A stretch of DNA of 64,000 nt from Anaeramoeba ignava BMAN. Taxonomy: Eukaryota > Protista > Anaeramoebae. Numbering within the stretch: the stretch's first letter is position 1; the number at the start of each line of letters is the position of its first letter. Positions 35,533 to 48,886 of this stretch are shown piece by piece. The notes under the pieces were generated by a model. That model did not search any database. It worked only from the letters and a program-made list of their open reading frames with translations, and had not been told where the DNA came from. The position numbers and the translations under genes were made by a program. The DNA is taken from contig JAPDFW010000068.1 in assembly GCA_028826165.1 (NCBI GenBank), positions 1 through 64,000 of the forward strand, given 5' to 3'.

Positions 35533-38500
35533 ATGAATACAAATAAAAAAAGTTTTTTTTCTTTCATTTCAAATAAAACAAACTCAACAAAACCAAAAAA
35601 TACACTTTTTAATACAAATTTCCAACAAAATAAAAATGAAGAAATAAAAACAAAATCAGTTTTTGCATCAATACAGAATAAAAATAAAAATGGAAATGAA
35701 AATCAAATTCAAATTCAAAATCTTTTTCAAAAAAACAAACCAAACAATTTAAATTTATTTCCAAAAAAAGAAGAAATCAAACAAAATGAAAATCAAAATG
35801 AAAATCAAAATAAAAATGGAAATAAAAATAAAAATCAAATTCAAAACCTTTTTCAAAAAAACAAACCAAATAATTTCAGTTTATTTCCAAAAAAAGAAGA
35901 TATCAAACAAAATGAGAATCAAAATCAAAATCAAAATCAAAACCGAAATCAAAATGAAAGCTTTTTTAAAACAAACAAAACAAATTTAAATTTATTTCCA
36001 AAAAAAGAAGAAACCCAAAAAAATGAAAATCAAAATGGAAGCTTTTTTAAAACAAGCAAAACAAATTTAAATTTATTCCCAAAAAAAGAAGAAATTCAAA
36101 AAAATGAAAATCAAAATGGAAGCTTTTTTAAAACAAACAAAACAAATTTAAATTTACTCCCAAAAAAAGAAGAAATCCAAAAAAATGAAAATCAAAATGA
36201 AAGCTTTTTTGAAAAAATTAAAAAAAAACAAAACCAAAATTCACTTCAAAAAATCAAAACAAATCAAGGAAATTCTATTGTTGGTACATGTACACAAATG
36301 TGTCCACAACAAGAAATACAAGATCGTCAAGAAACACATGATATTAATTATTTTGAAGTTGATCCTGAAACAATTAATTTAGACGTAAAATATTGGATGA
36401 TTAAACCAGAATTTGCAGTTAAAAAATACCCCAAAACAACAATGGAACATGATCCAAATAATATTAGAACACTGCAAACATTATTATCAACTTTTAACTA
36501 TTTATTAAATAATATTTTGGAAAGAAATGATGTTCCATTTTATCAAGTTCATAATTTTTTGAGAGATAGATTTAGAAGCATTATACAAGATTTAAATGTT
36601 CAAAATATTCGAAATTCAAGCACAATACTCATTCTTGAGACAGTAATACGTTTTCGTACGGATTTTTTTTCTTTTTCTTTTTCTTTTTGTTATCTTTTAT
36701 CTTTTTTTTTATGTTTTCAAGCCCTTTATTATTTGAAATATTCAATATCAACTCACAAAAAAAATGTGAATTCAAGTTTCTTCATCACAAAAAGTGGATT
36801 TTTGATGGAAACAATTTGATTTGGGGTTTTTTTCTTTATTTATTCTTATTCTTATTCTTATTCTTATTCTTATGAGAAATCAAAAAACTTTAAAATTAAT
36901 TAATTATCAATTATTCAAATCAAACAAAATCAAATCATTTAGATTTTTGAACTTATTAGAAGTTTAACAAATTTGAAGATTGGGTTATGTTAAAAAAATA
37001 TAATTTAATATAATTTAATATAATATAATTTAATATACTTTAATTTAATTTTATATAATATAATTTAATATAATTTAATTTAATTTAATTTAATTTAATA
37101 TAATTTTATTTAATTTAATTTAATTTAATATAATTTAATTTAATATAATTTAATATAATTTAATTTAATTTAATTTAATATAATTTAATTTAATTTAATA
37201 TAATATAATTTAATATAATTTAATTTAATTTAATTTTATTTAATTTTATTTAATTTAATATAATTTAATTTAATATAATTTAATATAATTTAATTTAATA
37301 TAATATAATTTAATTTAATATAATTTAATATAATTTAATTTAATATAATTTAATTTAATTTAATATAATATAATATAATATAATTTAATGCTTGATAAAC
37401 ATAACATTTATTATCAACTTAAATCAATATTTTTCTCACGAAACTACATTATTGCTTTACCATATTTAGATATTTTATCTGATTATGAACTATGTACTGA
37501 AACAATGGAAAATTTTGAAGCTTCTCAAAACAATGAATTATTGGATAAAAATCTTTCAACTTTACTCGAAATTTATGATGAAAATTGGAAAAAAAACTCA
37601 AATGAAAGAGAAGAATATAAAAACGAAGCTGAATTTAGATGCTATTATCTTTTATCCTCACTTAACTCACGCACACCAATTCTTCAAAAAACTCCAACAC
37701 AAATAATTACTTCAGATGATTTCCAATTTGCTCTTAAAGTTTTAACAGATTATTCAACAAATTCCTTTTATTCTTTTTTCAATAACTTAAAAAAAGCATC
37801 ATTTTTACAAGCTTGTTTAATTGATCGTCTTTCAAATTCAATGAGAATTAAAGGAATAGAGATATTCAAAAAATCAACTCCAAAAGAAAAAATATTTCCA
37901 AATGATGATTTGATGGATATTTTTGGGTTTCAAACAAAAGATGATTTACTTTTCTTTTTCCAATTTTTCAATGTGGAAACTTCTTCAGATTTTATAAATC
38001 TCAAATATATTCAAACAGATGCTTCTCTTTCAAGATTTCATTCAAGTTTGATTGATTCAAAAAAGGAAAATTATTCAAAATTGGATATTCTTCTTGGTAA
38101 ATCGAATGAATATTTTCCCATTCCACCAAAACAAAATATCAATTCTATATCTATTTCTGTTTTTCCAAAATATCAACCTAAAATTTTAAATCAAGAAACG
38201 AATTTAATCGAACAAAAAATTCAATTTCCAATTCAAAAAGAAAAAAAAAATTTATTTCCAAAACCAACTTCATTTCCAATTCAAGAAGAAAAGAAAACTT
38301 TATTTCCAAAACCAACTTCATTTCTAATTCAAGAAGAAAATGAGATTCAAGAAGAAAATGAAATTCAAATTCCAATTCAAGAAGAAAAAAAAACTTTATT
38401 TCCAAAACCAATTCCAATTCAAAAAGAAAAACAAACTTTATTTCCAAAACCAATTTCAATTCAAAAAGAAAATGATATTCAAATTCCATTTCAAGAAGAA

Positions 38501-39757
38501 AAAAAAACTCTAATTCAAAATGAAACTTTATTTCCAAAACCAACTTCATTTCCAATTCAAAAAGAAAATCAGATTCAAATTCCATTTCAAGAAGAAAAAC
38601 AAACTCTAATTCAAAATGAAACTTTATTTCCAAAACAAATTTCAATTCAAAAAGAAAATGAAATTAAAGAAATACAAATCAGTTTATTCAAAAATCAACC
38701 AAAAAATATTTCCAAAATTAAAAAAAGAACTCTTGAAGAATCCCCACTTGAGAATGAACATAAAAAACCAAAATCAATAAAATCAAAACCAAAATCAAAA
38801 CCAAAATCGAAATCGAAATCAAAATCAAAATCGAAATCAAATGAAAAACCAAAATCAAAATTAAAATCAAAATCAAAATCAACAAAATCGAAATCAAATG
38901 AAAAACCAAAATCAAAATCAACTCCAAAATCAAAAACAAAACCAAAATCAACTCCAAAATCGAAATCAAAATCGAAATCAAATGAAAAACCAAAATTAAA
39001 ATCAACTCCAAAATCAAATGAAAAACCAAAATCAAAATCAAAATCAAAATCAAAATCAAAATCGAAATTAAATGAAAAACCAAAATCGAAATCAACTCCA
39101 AAATCAAAATCAACAAAATCAAAACCAAAATCGAAATCAAAATCAAAATCAAAATCGAAATCAAATGAAAAACCAAAATCAAAATCAAAATCAAAATCAA
39201 AATCAAAATCAAAATCAAAATCAAAATCAAAATCAAAATCAAAATCAAAATCAAAATTAAAATTAGAACCAAATTCACATTTAAAATTAAAATCAAATAA
39301 AAAATCAAATAAAAAATTAAAAAAAGAAAAAGAAACAGAAAGCTCAGAATATGAACTTTATTTTGCTTATCCAGAAGAAGAAAAAATAAATGAAAATATA
39401 AATATCATTTCAGATGAGGAAATTGAAATTAATTCAGATCAAATTTCTGAAGAAATTAATTATAATTACAACTATAATGATTTAAATAAAGAAAATAATT
39501 TTAATTTTCCTCAAAATTATTCAAACTTAATTGAAGAAAACCAAGAAAATTCATTTGAACAAAATGAAGAAATGATTATTCAAGAAAATCCAAATATATC
39601 TTTTTTGGAAAGAAAAATGGAAGAAGAACAACAAGAATGGCAAGAAAATAATCAAAAAGAAATTGAAGATTTAGAATCTATTTTTCGTTCATTTAATTTA
39701 AATCCTTTAATTGTTTCAAGTTCAGATAAACTTAAAAATTTAATTTCCAAAAAATGA
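35533..39757 (+). CDS. SAC3: SAC3/GANP-family mRNA export factor
   Basis: IVGTCTQMCP..E, AVKKY, YQVHNFLRDRFRSIIQDLNVQ, NEAEFRCYYLL. Intron 36656-37469 gives RFHILSDYELC. Phe-containing N-terminal repeats and an SK-rich tail. Confidence 0.9.
37000..37387 (+). repeat. Intronic pentamer satellite (TTTAA/TATAA)n
   Basis: Direct inspection. Confidence 0.9.
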
Positions 39758-39861
39758 AAAATGAAAAATGAAAAACGAAACAATTCAATTTAAAAAATTT
39801 TCATTTTAAAAAATTTAAATAAAACAATAAAGAATTATTTTTTTTTATTATTTATTATTTA

Positions 39862-42199
39862 TTATTTATAAGATCTTATAAATTTTAAACTGGAACAATA
39901 TGTTGTTAAATAATAACCAATTTCTGAACTCAATTCACGAGGATCGGAAAGATCAAGAAGAAAATTTTGAATTGTTTGAAGATTTGATAGTTTTGTTTGA
40001 ACAAGAGTATAAAGAAAAATAGGAAGAAATCCATCAGCAGTAATTGAGAAATCATCTTTAGAAATATTTTCTTCTAAATTAAGTTGTGAAAGAGTTTCAA
40101 GTTGTCTTTTTGATGTGAAATAGATTCTATCTGCTGTATTGATTAAAATATCAAGAAATTCAAAAGGAAATTTGCAAATTCGAAATTGGGACAAAATTTC
40201 AATTGGTGATTCCCAATTAATTTTGAGGAATTTATTTGCAACTCCAAAAAATTGAGGAGGTTTTTTATAAAGTTTTTTCATTTTTTCATCCAAAATATAA
40301 TCTTCTTTAATACTTTCCAAATGAAATGAAGTGATTAAAGGATTGTGAATTGGAGTTATTACAACTCTTTCTAAACATCTTTCAACTAAATAATTCAAAA
40401 CTTCTTGGCAATCAATATGATCAATTTTTTCTGTGAATTGAAAATATTTAATTAAAAATGGATGTTTCTTGATAATTTTTGTTCGGAGTTTATCAATAAA
40501 CATTCTTATTGGATGTGTTTTTGTTGCGAAATTTCTTATTGGTTTTTTTTGTAAGAAACTGATATAATTTTCTAAAAATTGAAGAGTAGTTTTTTGGAAT
40601 TTTGTAATAAATTCTGTTTTTTCTGCAAAAATTATTCTGATACATTTTATATCTAGATATATTAATTTTTTTGGGTAATCTTTTAGTTCTGAAAGTTTTA
40701 ATGTACAAGTTAAATATGTACCAATTTGGAAATTTTTATTTATTTTTGGTTGATTTTCAAGAAGAAGATCAAGTTTTTGATTTGGTTGATCTTTTTTTTC
40801 ATTTTTTGATTGATTTGTTGATTGATTTTTGGTTGATTTTTTTTTCATTTTTATTTGATTTGTTGATTGATTTTTGATTGATTTTTGATTGATTTTTGAT
40901 TGATTTTTGATTGATTTTTATTTGATTTTTATTTCATTTGTTGATTGATTTTTGTTGATTTGTTGATTGATTTTTGATTGATTTTTATTTCATTTGTTGA
41001 TTGATTTTTGATTCATTTTTGATTCATTTTTGATTGATTTTTGATTGATTTGTTGATTGATTTATTGATTGATTTTTTGATTCATTTTTTATTTGATTTG
41101 TTGATTGATTTTTTGATTGATTTTTTAATTGATTTTTTGATTGATTTTTTGATTGATTTTTTGATTGATTTTTTATTTCTTTAAAATCTTTTTGTTTGTT
41201 AATTGACAAAAATTTAATATCTTCATTTAAACTATTTTGAATTTCTTTTAATTCCTTGTCTTCACTATTTGAATCACTTTGAATATTTTCATTTAAATTA
41301 TTTTGATTATTTTCATTTAAATTCTTCCTTATTTCTTTAAAATCTTGTTTGTTAGTTGACAAAAATTTAATATCTTCATTTAAACTATTTTGAATTTCTT
41401 TTAGTTCCTTGTCTTCACTATTTGAATCACTTTGAATATTTTGATTTGAATTGTTTTGAATATTTTGATTTAAATTATTTTGAATATTTTGATTTGAATT
41501 ATTTTGAATATTTTGATTTAAATTGTTTTGAATATTTTGATTTAAATTGTTTTGAATATTTTGATTTAAATTGTTTTGATCATTTTCTCTTCGAGTGAAA
41601 ATTGGAGAATATTCTTTTCTAGTTCTAAGAATAATTAAATCATTAAGATTCTTAACTATATGTTTACTCCATTTATCAAACAAGTAAAATTTAACTAAAC
41701 ATCTTGAAGTTATTTCTTGGGCAATTTCAACTGCAAATTCTGTATAAAAAATTTCAGTTGTTTGGTCTATAAAGGAAATTGATAAAGTTTGAAGATCTTG
41801 GATAGAAATTTTAATTATAGTCTGATAAGCCCAATTTTTAATAACATCTTTTTGTGAACCTTTAATTTTTAAAAGAAAAATTCCTTGTTTCCATAAAAAT
41901 AAAACAAAATATTTCTTTCCAAACCTTTTGATTTAATTTTTGATTTGTTTTAATTTTTGTTTTGATTTAATTTAATTGTTTTGATTTGTGTTTTAATTTT
42001 AAAAGGAAAAAAATTTTTTTTTAATTAAAATTTTAATTTAGTTTTTTTTTTTAATTTTTTACATTGCTTTTTGTGTAACATGAACTGCAACATCAGGAAC
42101 AGATCCAAGAAAACCTGTTATAAGTTCTTCTGTTTGTTTTTTTTCTATAAAATCTTTATATTTTCCAATAATTCTTTTTTCATAAAAAGGAAATTCCAT
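39862..42199 (-). CDS. VPS9-domain protein with a possible PH-like N-terminus and an NQ-rich linker
   Basis: ATG 42199 and one intron at about 41925-42062. C-terminal ITADGFLPIFLYTLV..EIGYYLTTYCSSL is an intact VPS9 motif. The frame breaks in the NQSK repeat at about 40850-41030 (probable assembly error). Confidence 0.8.
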
Positions 42200-42408
42200 T
42201 TTAAAAAATGAAAAAAATGAAAAAAATGAAAATTAAAAAATGAAAAAAATGAAAATTAAAAAATTAAAAAAATAAAAATAAAATTTTGTTGAGTTTTTGT
42301 TCAAATCCTTTTTATTTTCTGTTTAAAAAAAATTTTCCTTAAAAGAAAAAAAAAAATTATTTCAAAAAAAAAGTTCTCAAAAAAAAAAGTTTTTTTTTTG
42401 TTTAAAAA

Positions 42409-45400
42409 TTAATTATTTTTTGGACGAAAATTAGAACGAAGAGAAAAAGGATAAAAAGGAGAAGAAGAAAAACTGACAAGAATAGGAGAAATAGAGATAG
42501 GATAACCAGTTGGCCAATCACAACTTTGACAGATCAAATTTCTAGCAATTGCTTCACAACGTTGAATTGAACCACGTTCAGCATTTTCATTTTTAAAATA
42601 AACAAGTTCTTGAATTTGACTTGACCAAAGACCTCTAACGGATTCCTGGTTGACTTTAACGGCCAAGAATTTGAGGTATTTCAATTCAAGTTCCATCATG
42701 AAATATTCATAAGTATCATCACGACTTCTTTTTTGCCTTCTAATTGAGATCAAGTTGGGTTGCTCTTCAACAATTCCTTGTCTCCAACGCGGATCGGATT
42801 CTGCACAAGCAAGAACCGTTTGATTGTATTCCTCAAGATCGTTGTAGAGCTCTTCGGGATCGTTATACTGGGTCGGCATGATAAAATAGTTTTTTTGCAG
42901 CTTAAGTGTCATTGTTGCTGCTTTTTTAATCACATTTTCTAATAAACTCATGTCATAAAATACCCATTCATCCTTTTGATTTGAGACTCTGAAATCGCCT
43001 CGAAAAAGTGCGTAATATTTCTCAAGGAAATTATCTTCCAAAACAACGAAATCATTATCTTGATGCAAATTTGCTGTTGCAAATAATCTTCTTGCTAAAA
43101 TACTGACTACAAAACAGAATCCTAAAATATAAGATGGTTTTTCTTCTGTTGATTCTTCTAGTGAAATGTATTTCATTTCCTCAATATCATCTACACTTGG
43201 ATTTTGTTCTAAACAGTGGCGAATCCAAGGCGAATAAAATTTTTCAAATGATGCGATTGAGATTCCATCTCTGGATTTATCATAATCTTCATCTGTTTGT
43301 GATGAAAATGTAATTATGTCTGAATCAATATAATCTTTTTTGACCATATTTTTTAATGTTCTTGTAAACTCTTCATCTCGAATTGCTATATAAAATCCTG
43401 GTGTTTTAATCAGATAATAAATTGCAGCTGAAACATAATAACTTTATATTTATTTTGAAAAAAATGAATAAATATAAAATAAAATTAAAATAAAATTTTT
43501 GGAAAATAATCTTATTTACGTGATCATTTTTTTTCTGAAATCGAAAGAAGAAAATGCGTTTGTAGTTGCAGTTTGAATAACATTATAAGTTCTTGCAACG
43601 AAAGCTAAATTTTGAATTAATTTTAAATTAAATATTTGAATTAATTTTTAAATTAAATATTTGAATTAATTTTAAATTAAATTTTAAATTAAAAATTTTA
43701 AATTAATTTTGAATTCAATTTAAATTAAATATTTGAATTAAATTTGAATTAATATTTAAATTAAATATTTAAATTAATTTTGAATTAATTTTGAATTAAT
43801 TTTGAATTAAATATTTGAATTAAATATTTGAATTAATTTTGAATTAAATATTTGAATTAAATATTTGAATTAAATTTTGAATTAAATTTGAATTAAATTT
43901 AAATTAATTTTAAATTAAATATTTGAATTAATTTTGAATTAAAAATTTGAATTAATTTTTCACCTCGTGATAACGATTCCCAAGTAAATAATCTTAATTG
44001 TAATATCTCCTTATTTGTAACAACAGGAAGACAAGGAAGAATTGCATTTCTTAAATTATCATCAACAGGTTCCTTAATTTTTTCAAGTTCTCTTTCTTGG
44101 CAGAAAGTGCCTCTAAATTCAAGACCTCTAAGTTGGAAAGAACAGAAACCATTTCCCAACTCAATAACATGAAGAAAAGAAGTAAGTTTATCATTGATAA
44201 GAAAAAAGAAGTCTCCCTGTTTAACAGAACCAAGCCTTCCTGCAGCAATATCATCATAAAGAGAATGAGTTAGTGAGACATAAAGATGTTCATAAAAAAT
44301 CGCATTGAGATTATCAATATTTGAACTTGAGCTGAAATTTGTTGAGTCGATCCCAAGCGCTGATGATAATTTCACACGAGAATCATCAATACGATGAGTT
44401 CGATATGATCTTTCCCAATACTTCACAGAACGAGCATATGTTAAAAGAAATAAACTACTTCCAAACAAGGGTGATATTGGAGTTGAAAATACTGTTGAAA
44501 GAATGATGAATGATATTTCAAGTGCTGAATGAGCAAGTCCAAAGGCTTGGAGATAAATATGAACTAAAGACGCGATTGCTTGATTCAACGGGATAAGATA
44601 TCGCCAATAGAACTTGAATTTCAACACAAACTCCTCGATTTTATCAACAAGATATTGTGATGCATATAAATTGACTACTAAACTTTCTACATGTTTTCCT
44701 TTCAAATCATAATCAAATAAAAGCCAACAAAAAACAATGTATTTGAAGTGTTCTGTTGAATTATGAAAGCTTGTTCTGATAAATTTGAACGTCAATACTC
44801 CAGTTAGTATTGATGCAAATACTCTTCCTCCTCTTGAATTAATATCATAAATTGAGTCCGTTAATGCAAACAAAATTATAAATGGGAAAATGATGTATTT
44901 TTCTAAGAAAATGTAAATTTTGTAAATAATTTCAAAGTATGTGTATTTTGCTGGTCCTGTTAAAAGTGATCTTTTTAGCTCAGGTGAGCGTAGAATAGGA
45001 TTTCGGAATAATGAAAAGGGATATGCTTTTCTCATTTGTGGAATTAATATGTGAACAATGAACCCGCAAACAATTGCAATGATCCAAAGAAAATCGGGTC
45101 TTTTTGTTTTTGAAAACATTTTTGTTTGATGTAATCCTGTATATACTAATCCAATTATAAGAGCAATTAAGACATCAAATAGGAATTTTCTCTTTTTTTT
45201 TTTTAATAAAATTATAAATAAATAAAATTATTAAATAAAATTATTAAATAAAATTATTAAATAAAATAAATAAATTATTAAATAAAATTATTATTGAATA
45301 TCATTTTGCAAAATGTACTAATGGAGAAAAATAAAATTTCTCTTCAGGTTCTTGTTTTTCATAAAGTAAAAGTTTCGGTTTGAAAATGGCATGAAAAAAT

Positions 45401-48400
45401 CTTGGATTATTTGGTAATCTACTTGCAAGATAAGCAAATCCAATAATAAATCCACAAAAAAAAGAAAAAGAATAATTGTTCCAAAATTCACCAGATTTTC
45501 CCAAAGCATTATATCCAATTCCAAAAAGAACGAATCCAAAAATAATATCCAATAATAATTGATAAACAATTCCCAAATAATGTGTAATTGCTAAAATGAA
45601 TTTTTGTATTTTTGAATTTTTAAATTTTTGAATTTTTGAATTTTTAAATTTTTAAATTTTTGAATTTTTAAATTTATGAATTTTTAAATTTTTAAATTTT
45701 TAAATTTTTAAATTTTTAGAATTTTTAAATTTTTAAATTCTTCTTAATACCTGTTCCTCCCATTATTTGAATATGAAATTGTTCACAAAGATAAATAATT
45801 AATGTTGTTGGTTGTGAAAATATTCCAAATAGAAAGAATAAAGGAAGTGCCATTAAAAAAGCCTTAAAAACATTGAATAAAAATGAGAATATTGGATAAA
45901 AATTGATTTGAACTTGAAAAATTTGATATTTTTCAGTTGTAACTGAATCACAAACTAAATAAAAATTTAAATAAGTTAAAATTAAATAGAAAAAATTTAA
46001 ATAAAAAATAAAAATAATTTACTCGCTTTTGTAATTAAAACAAGTGCTGAAAAAAATGCAATATAAAATGCTCGAGAATAAATAACTCTTCTATTATCTG
46101 GTTCTGGTGAATGACAATCAGGTTGAACACTTTTTAATAAACAATAATGACCTGTTGCAACAGAAATAAAAAGGAAGAATTTTTCAAGATCATAAAATTC
46201 ATAACTTGCAATCATAACTTTTTTATAAAAAAACAAGAATAAAATTTTAATTGAATTTTCTTTTTTTTTAAAAAAAAATACCTAAAACTGCTGCTATAGT
46301 TGCTAAAATTATTGAAATCCAAAATGATTTTTTCTTTAAATCTCTATCAAAACACATTTCTAATACTCTTCTATCTAATTTCCATATATGTTTTTTTCCA
46401 CAAAAAGTTAACCAAACTCGAGACTTTTTTTTGTGAATTTTTCAATCAAAAAAAATTTATCAATTTAAATATTTTTTTTTTTGAGAGAAATAAAATGATA
46501 AAAATGATAATTTACAATATCTTCTTCTTTTGGTTGTTGTGGTGGTTCTTCGTTATTTGGTAAATCAAATCTTTGTTCCACAAATTGATCATGAAAATCA
46601 CCAAAAGGATCTCTTTGACTATTTATAAATCATAAAAACAATAAAATTTTTCTTTTCGAAATTATGAATAATAATTATTTTTACCGATGTTCTCTTTGAT
46701 AAATAATTCTATTAATTTCTTCGACTGACATATCATCAGTAATAAAATCACGATAATCAAAAGTTGGATTAGAAGGATTTTTCTATTATATTTATTATTT
46801 TAAAATTAAATATTTATTAAATTAAATTAAATATTTTAAATTGAATATTTATAATTAAATATTTTTTGAATTAAATATTTTTAAATTAAATATTTTTGGA
46901 ATTAAATATTTATAATTAAATATTTATTATTAAATATTTATAATTAAATATTTATAATTAAATATTTATTAAATTGAATATTTTTAATTTGAATTTTTAA
47001 ATTAAATATTTATTAAATTAAATATTTTTGAATTAAATATTTATTAAATTAAATATTTATAATTATAAATATTTTTAAATTAAATATTTATTGAAAATTA
47101 AAATATTTATTTTAATTAAATATTTAATTAAATTGAATATTTATAAATTAAATATTTTTAAATTAAATATTTATTAAATTAAATATTTTAATTTGAATTT
47201 TTGAATTAAATATTTTAATTTGAATATTTTGAATTAAATATTTATTAAATTAAATATTTATTAAATTAAATATTTAAATTTTGAATATTTTTAAATTAAA
47301 TATTTTTAAATTAAATATTTAGAATTAAATATTTATTAAATTAAATATTTTTAAATTGAATGTTTTAAATTAAATATTTTGGAATTAAATATTTTTGAAT
47401 TAAATATTTTTTTTACATTATCATCTCCTTCATTTTTAATTGGAATATCTGGTTTTTTTTCATCAGGTTCTTTTTCATCAGGTTCTGTTTCACTAGTTTC
47501 AGTAAAAATAGTATAATGTTGTTCAACTCCAAACTCATCAAAATAAGAATGAACAACTTCTTTTTTGACTCTTCTTTTTTTTTTAGGTTTTGGTTCATCT
47601 TTATCTTTATCTTGATCTTTTTCATCTTTATCTTTTTCATCTTTTTCATCTTTTTCATCCTTTTCATCCTTATCTTTTTCGTTATCAGAATCATCGAAAT
47701 CAAGATCGATTTCATTATCCTTTTCCTTTTCATCTTTTTCGTTATCTTTGTCTTTGTTTTTGTCTTTATCTTCTTTATTATCTGTTTTTTTTTCTTGATC
47801 ATTATCTGTTTCAAGTTCAATTTCATTTTCATCTTTTTTTGATTTTTTTTCTTTTTCTTTTTCTTGATCTTCCTCACCTTTTTTTTTTTCATCTTCCATT
47901 CTTTCTTTATGATCGATTTGCGTATGGAATTTATAGTTAATTAACTTTAAAATCGTAAAGATAGTGAAAATAACAACTCCATAAATTACTGTACTTGCTA
48001 TTTTGTTATCAATCTAAACCAAATTTTAATTATAATTTTGAATTTAATTTTAATTTTAATTTTAATTTTAATTTTAATTTTAAATTTTTAATTTTAATTT
48101 TAATTTTAATTTTAATTTTAATTTTAATTTTAATTTTAATTTTAATTTTAATTTTAATTTTAATTTTGAATTTTAATTTTAATTTTAATTTTAATTTTAA
48201 ATTTTAATTTTAATTTTAATTTTAATTTTAATTTTAATTTTTATTTTAATTTGAATTTGAATTTGAATTTTAAATTTTAATTTTAATTTTAATTTTAATT
48301 TTAATTTTAATTTTAATTTTAATTTTAATTTTAATTTTAATTTTAATTTTAATTTTAATTTGAATTTTAATTTTAATTTTAATTTTAATTTTAAATTTAA

Positions 48401-48720
48401 ATTTAATTTTAATTTTAATTTGAATTAGGATGGTAAATATTCGCTTTAAATTGTTCTCATTTTTGTAAAACTTTACAAAAACTTTATAAAAACTTTATAA
48501 AAACTTGTTTTTTAAAAAAAATATAATTATTATTCTTATTTAAAAAAAAAAGGAAAAAAACCTGCCGGAAAGCATAAGGTAAAATGAAAAAGATTGCCCA
48601 TAAATAAGTATGAATAGTATTAATAGCTAAAGAAAGGTCAGAATCGTAATAATAACCACCTAATAAAGTAGAAATTAATGTTTCTTGGAAAAATAATTTA
48701 ATAGAGTGTCCGTTATCCAT
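42409..48720 (-). CDS. PCNX: Pecanex-family multi-pass membrane protein
   Basis: N-terminal STLLGGYYYD..INTIHTYLW; LLKSVQPDCHSP; YARSVKYWERSYRTHRIDDS; NLNAIFYEHL; HVIELGNG..FQLRGLEFRGTFCQERE; VRGLWSSQIQELVYFKNENAERGSIQ..CDWPTGYPI. About 11 exons with canonical junctions. Confidence 0.95.
46800..47410 (-). repeat. Intronic satellite built on TTAAATATTT
   Basis: Direct inspection; a related unit fills the intron at about 43610-43960. Confidence 0.85.
48020..48425 (-). repeat. Intronic hexamer satellite (TTTTAA)n
   Basis: Direct inspection. Confidence 0.9.
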
Positions 48721-48886
48721 AAAATTTTTTTTGTAATTTCTTTTAGAGAAAAAAAAATAATATAAAAAATAATAAATGAAAAAAAAAAATTGAAAAAAAA
48801 ATGAAAAATTTAAAATTAAAAAAATTTTTTCATTTTTTTATTTTCTTTTTTTCTTTTTCTTTCTCTTTTTTTTTCATTTGTTTTTT

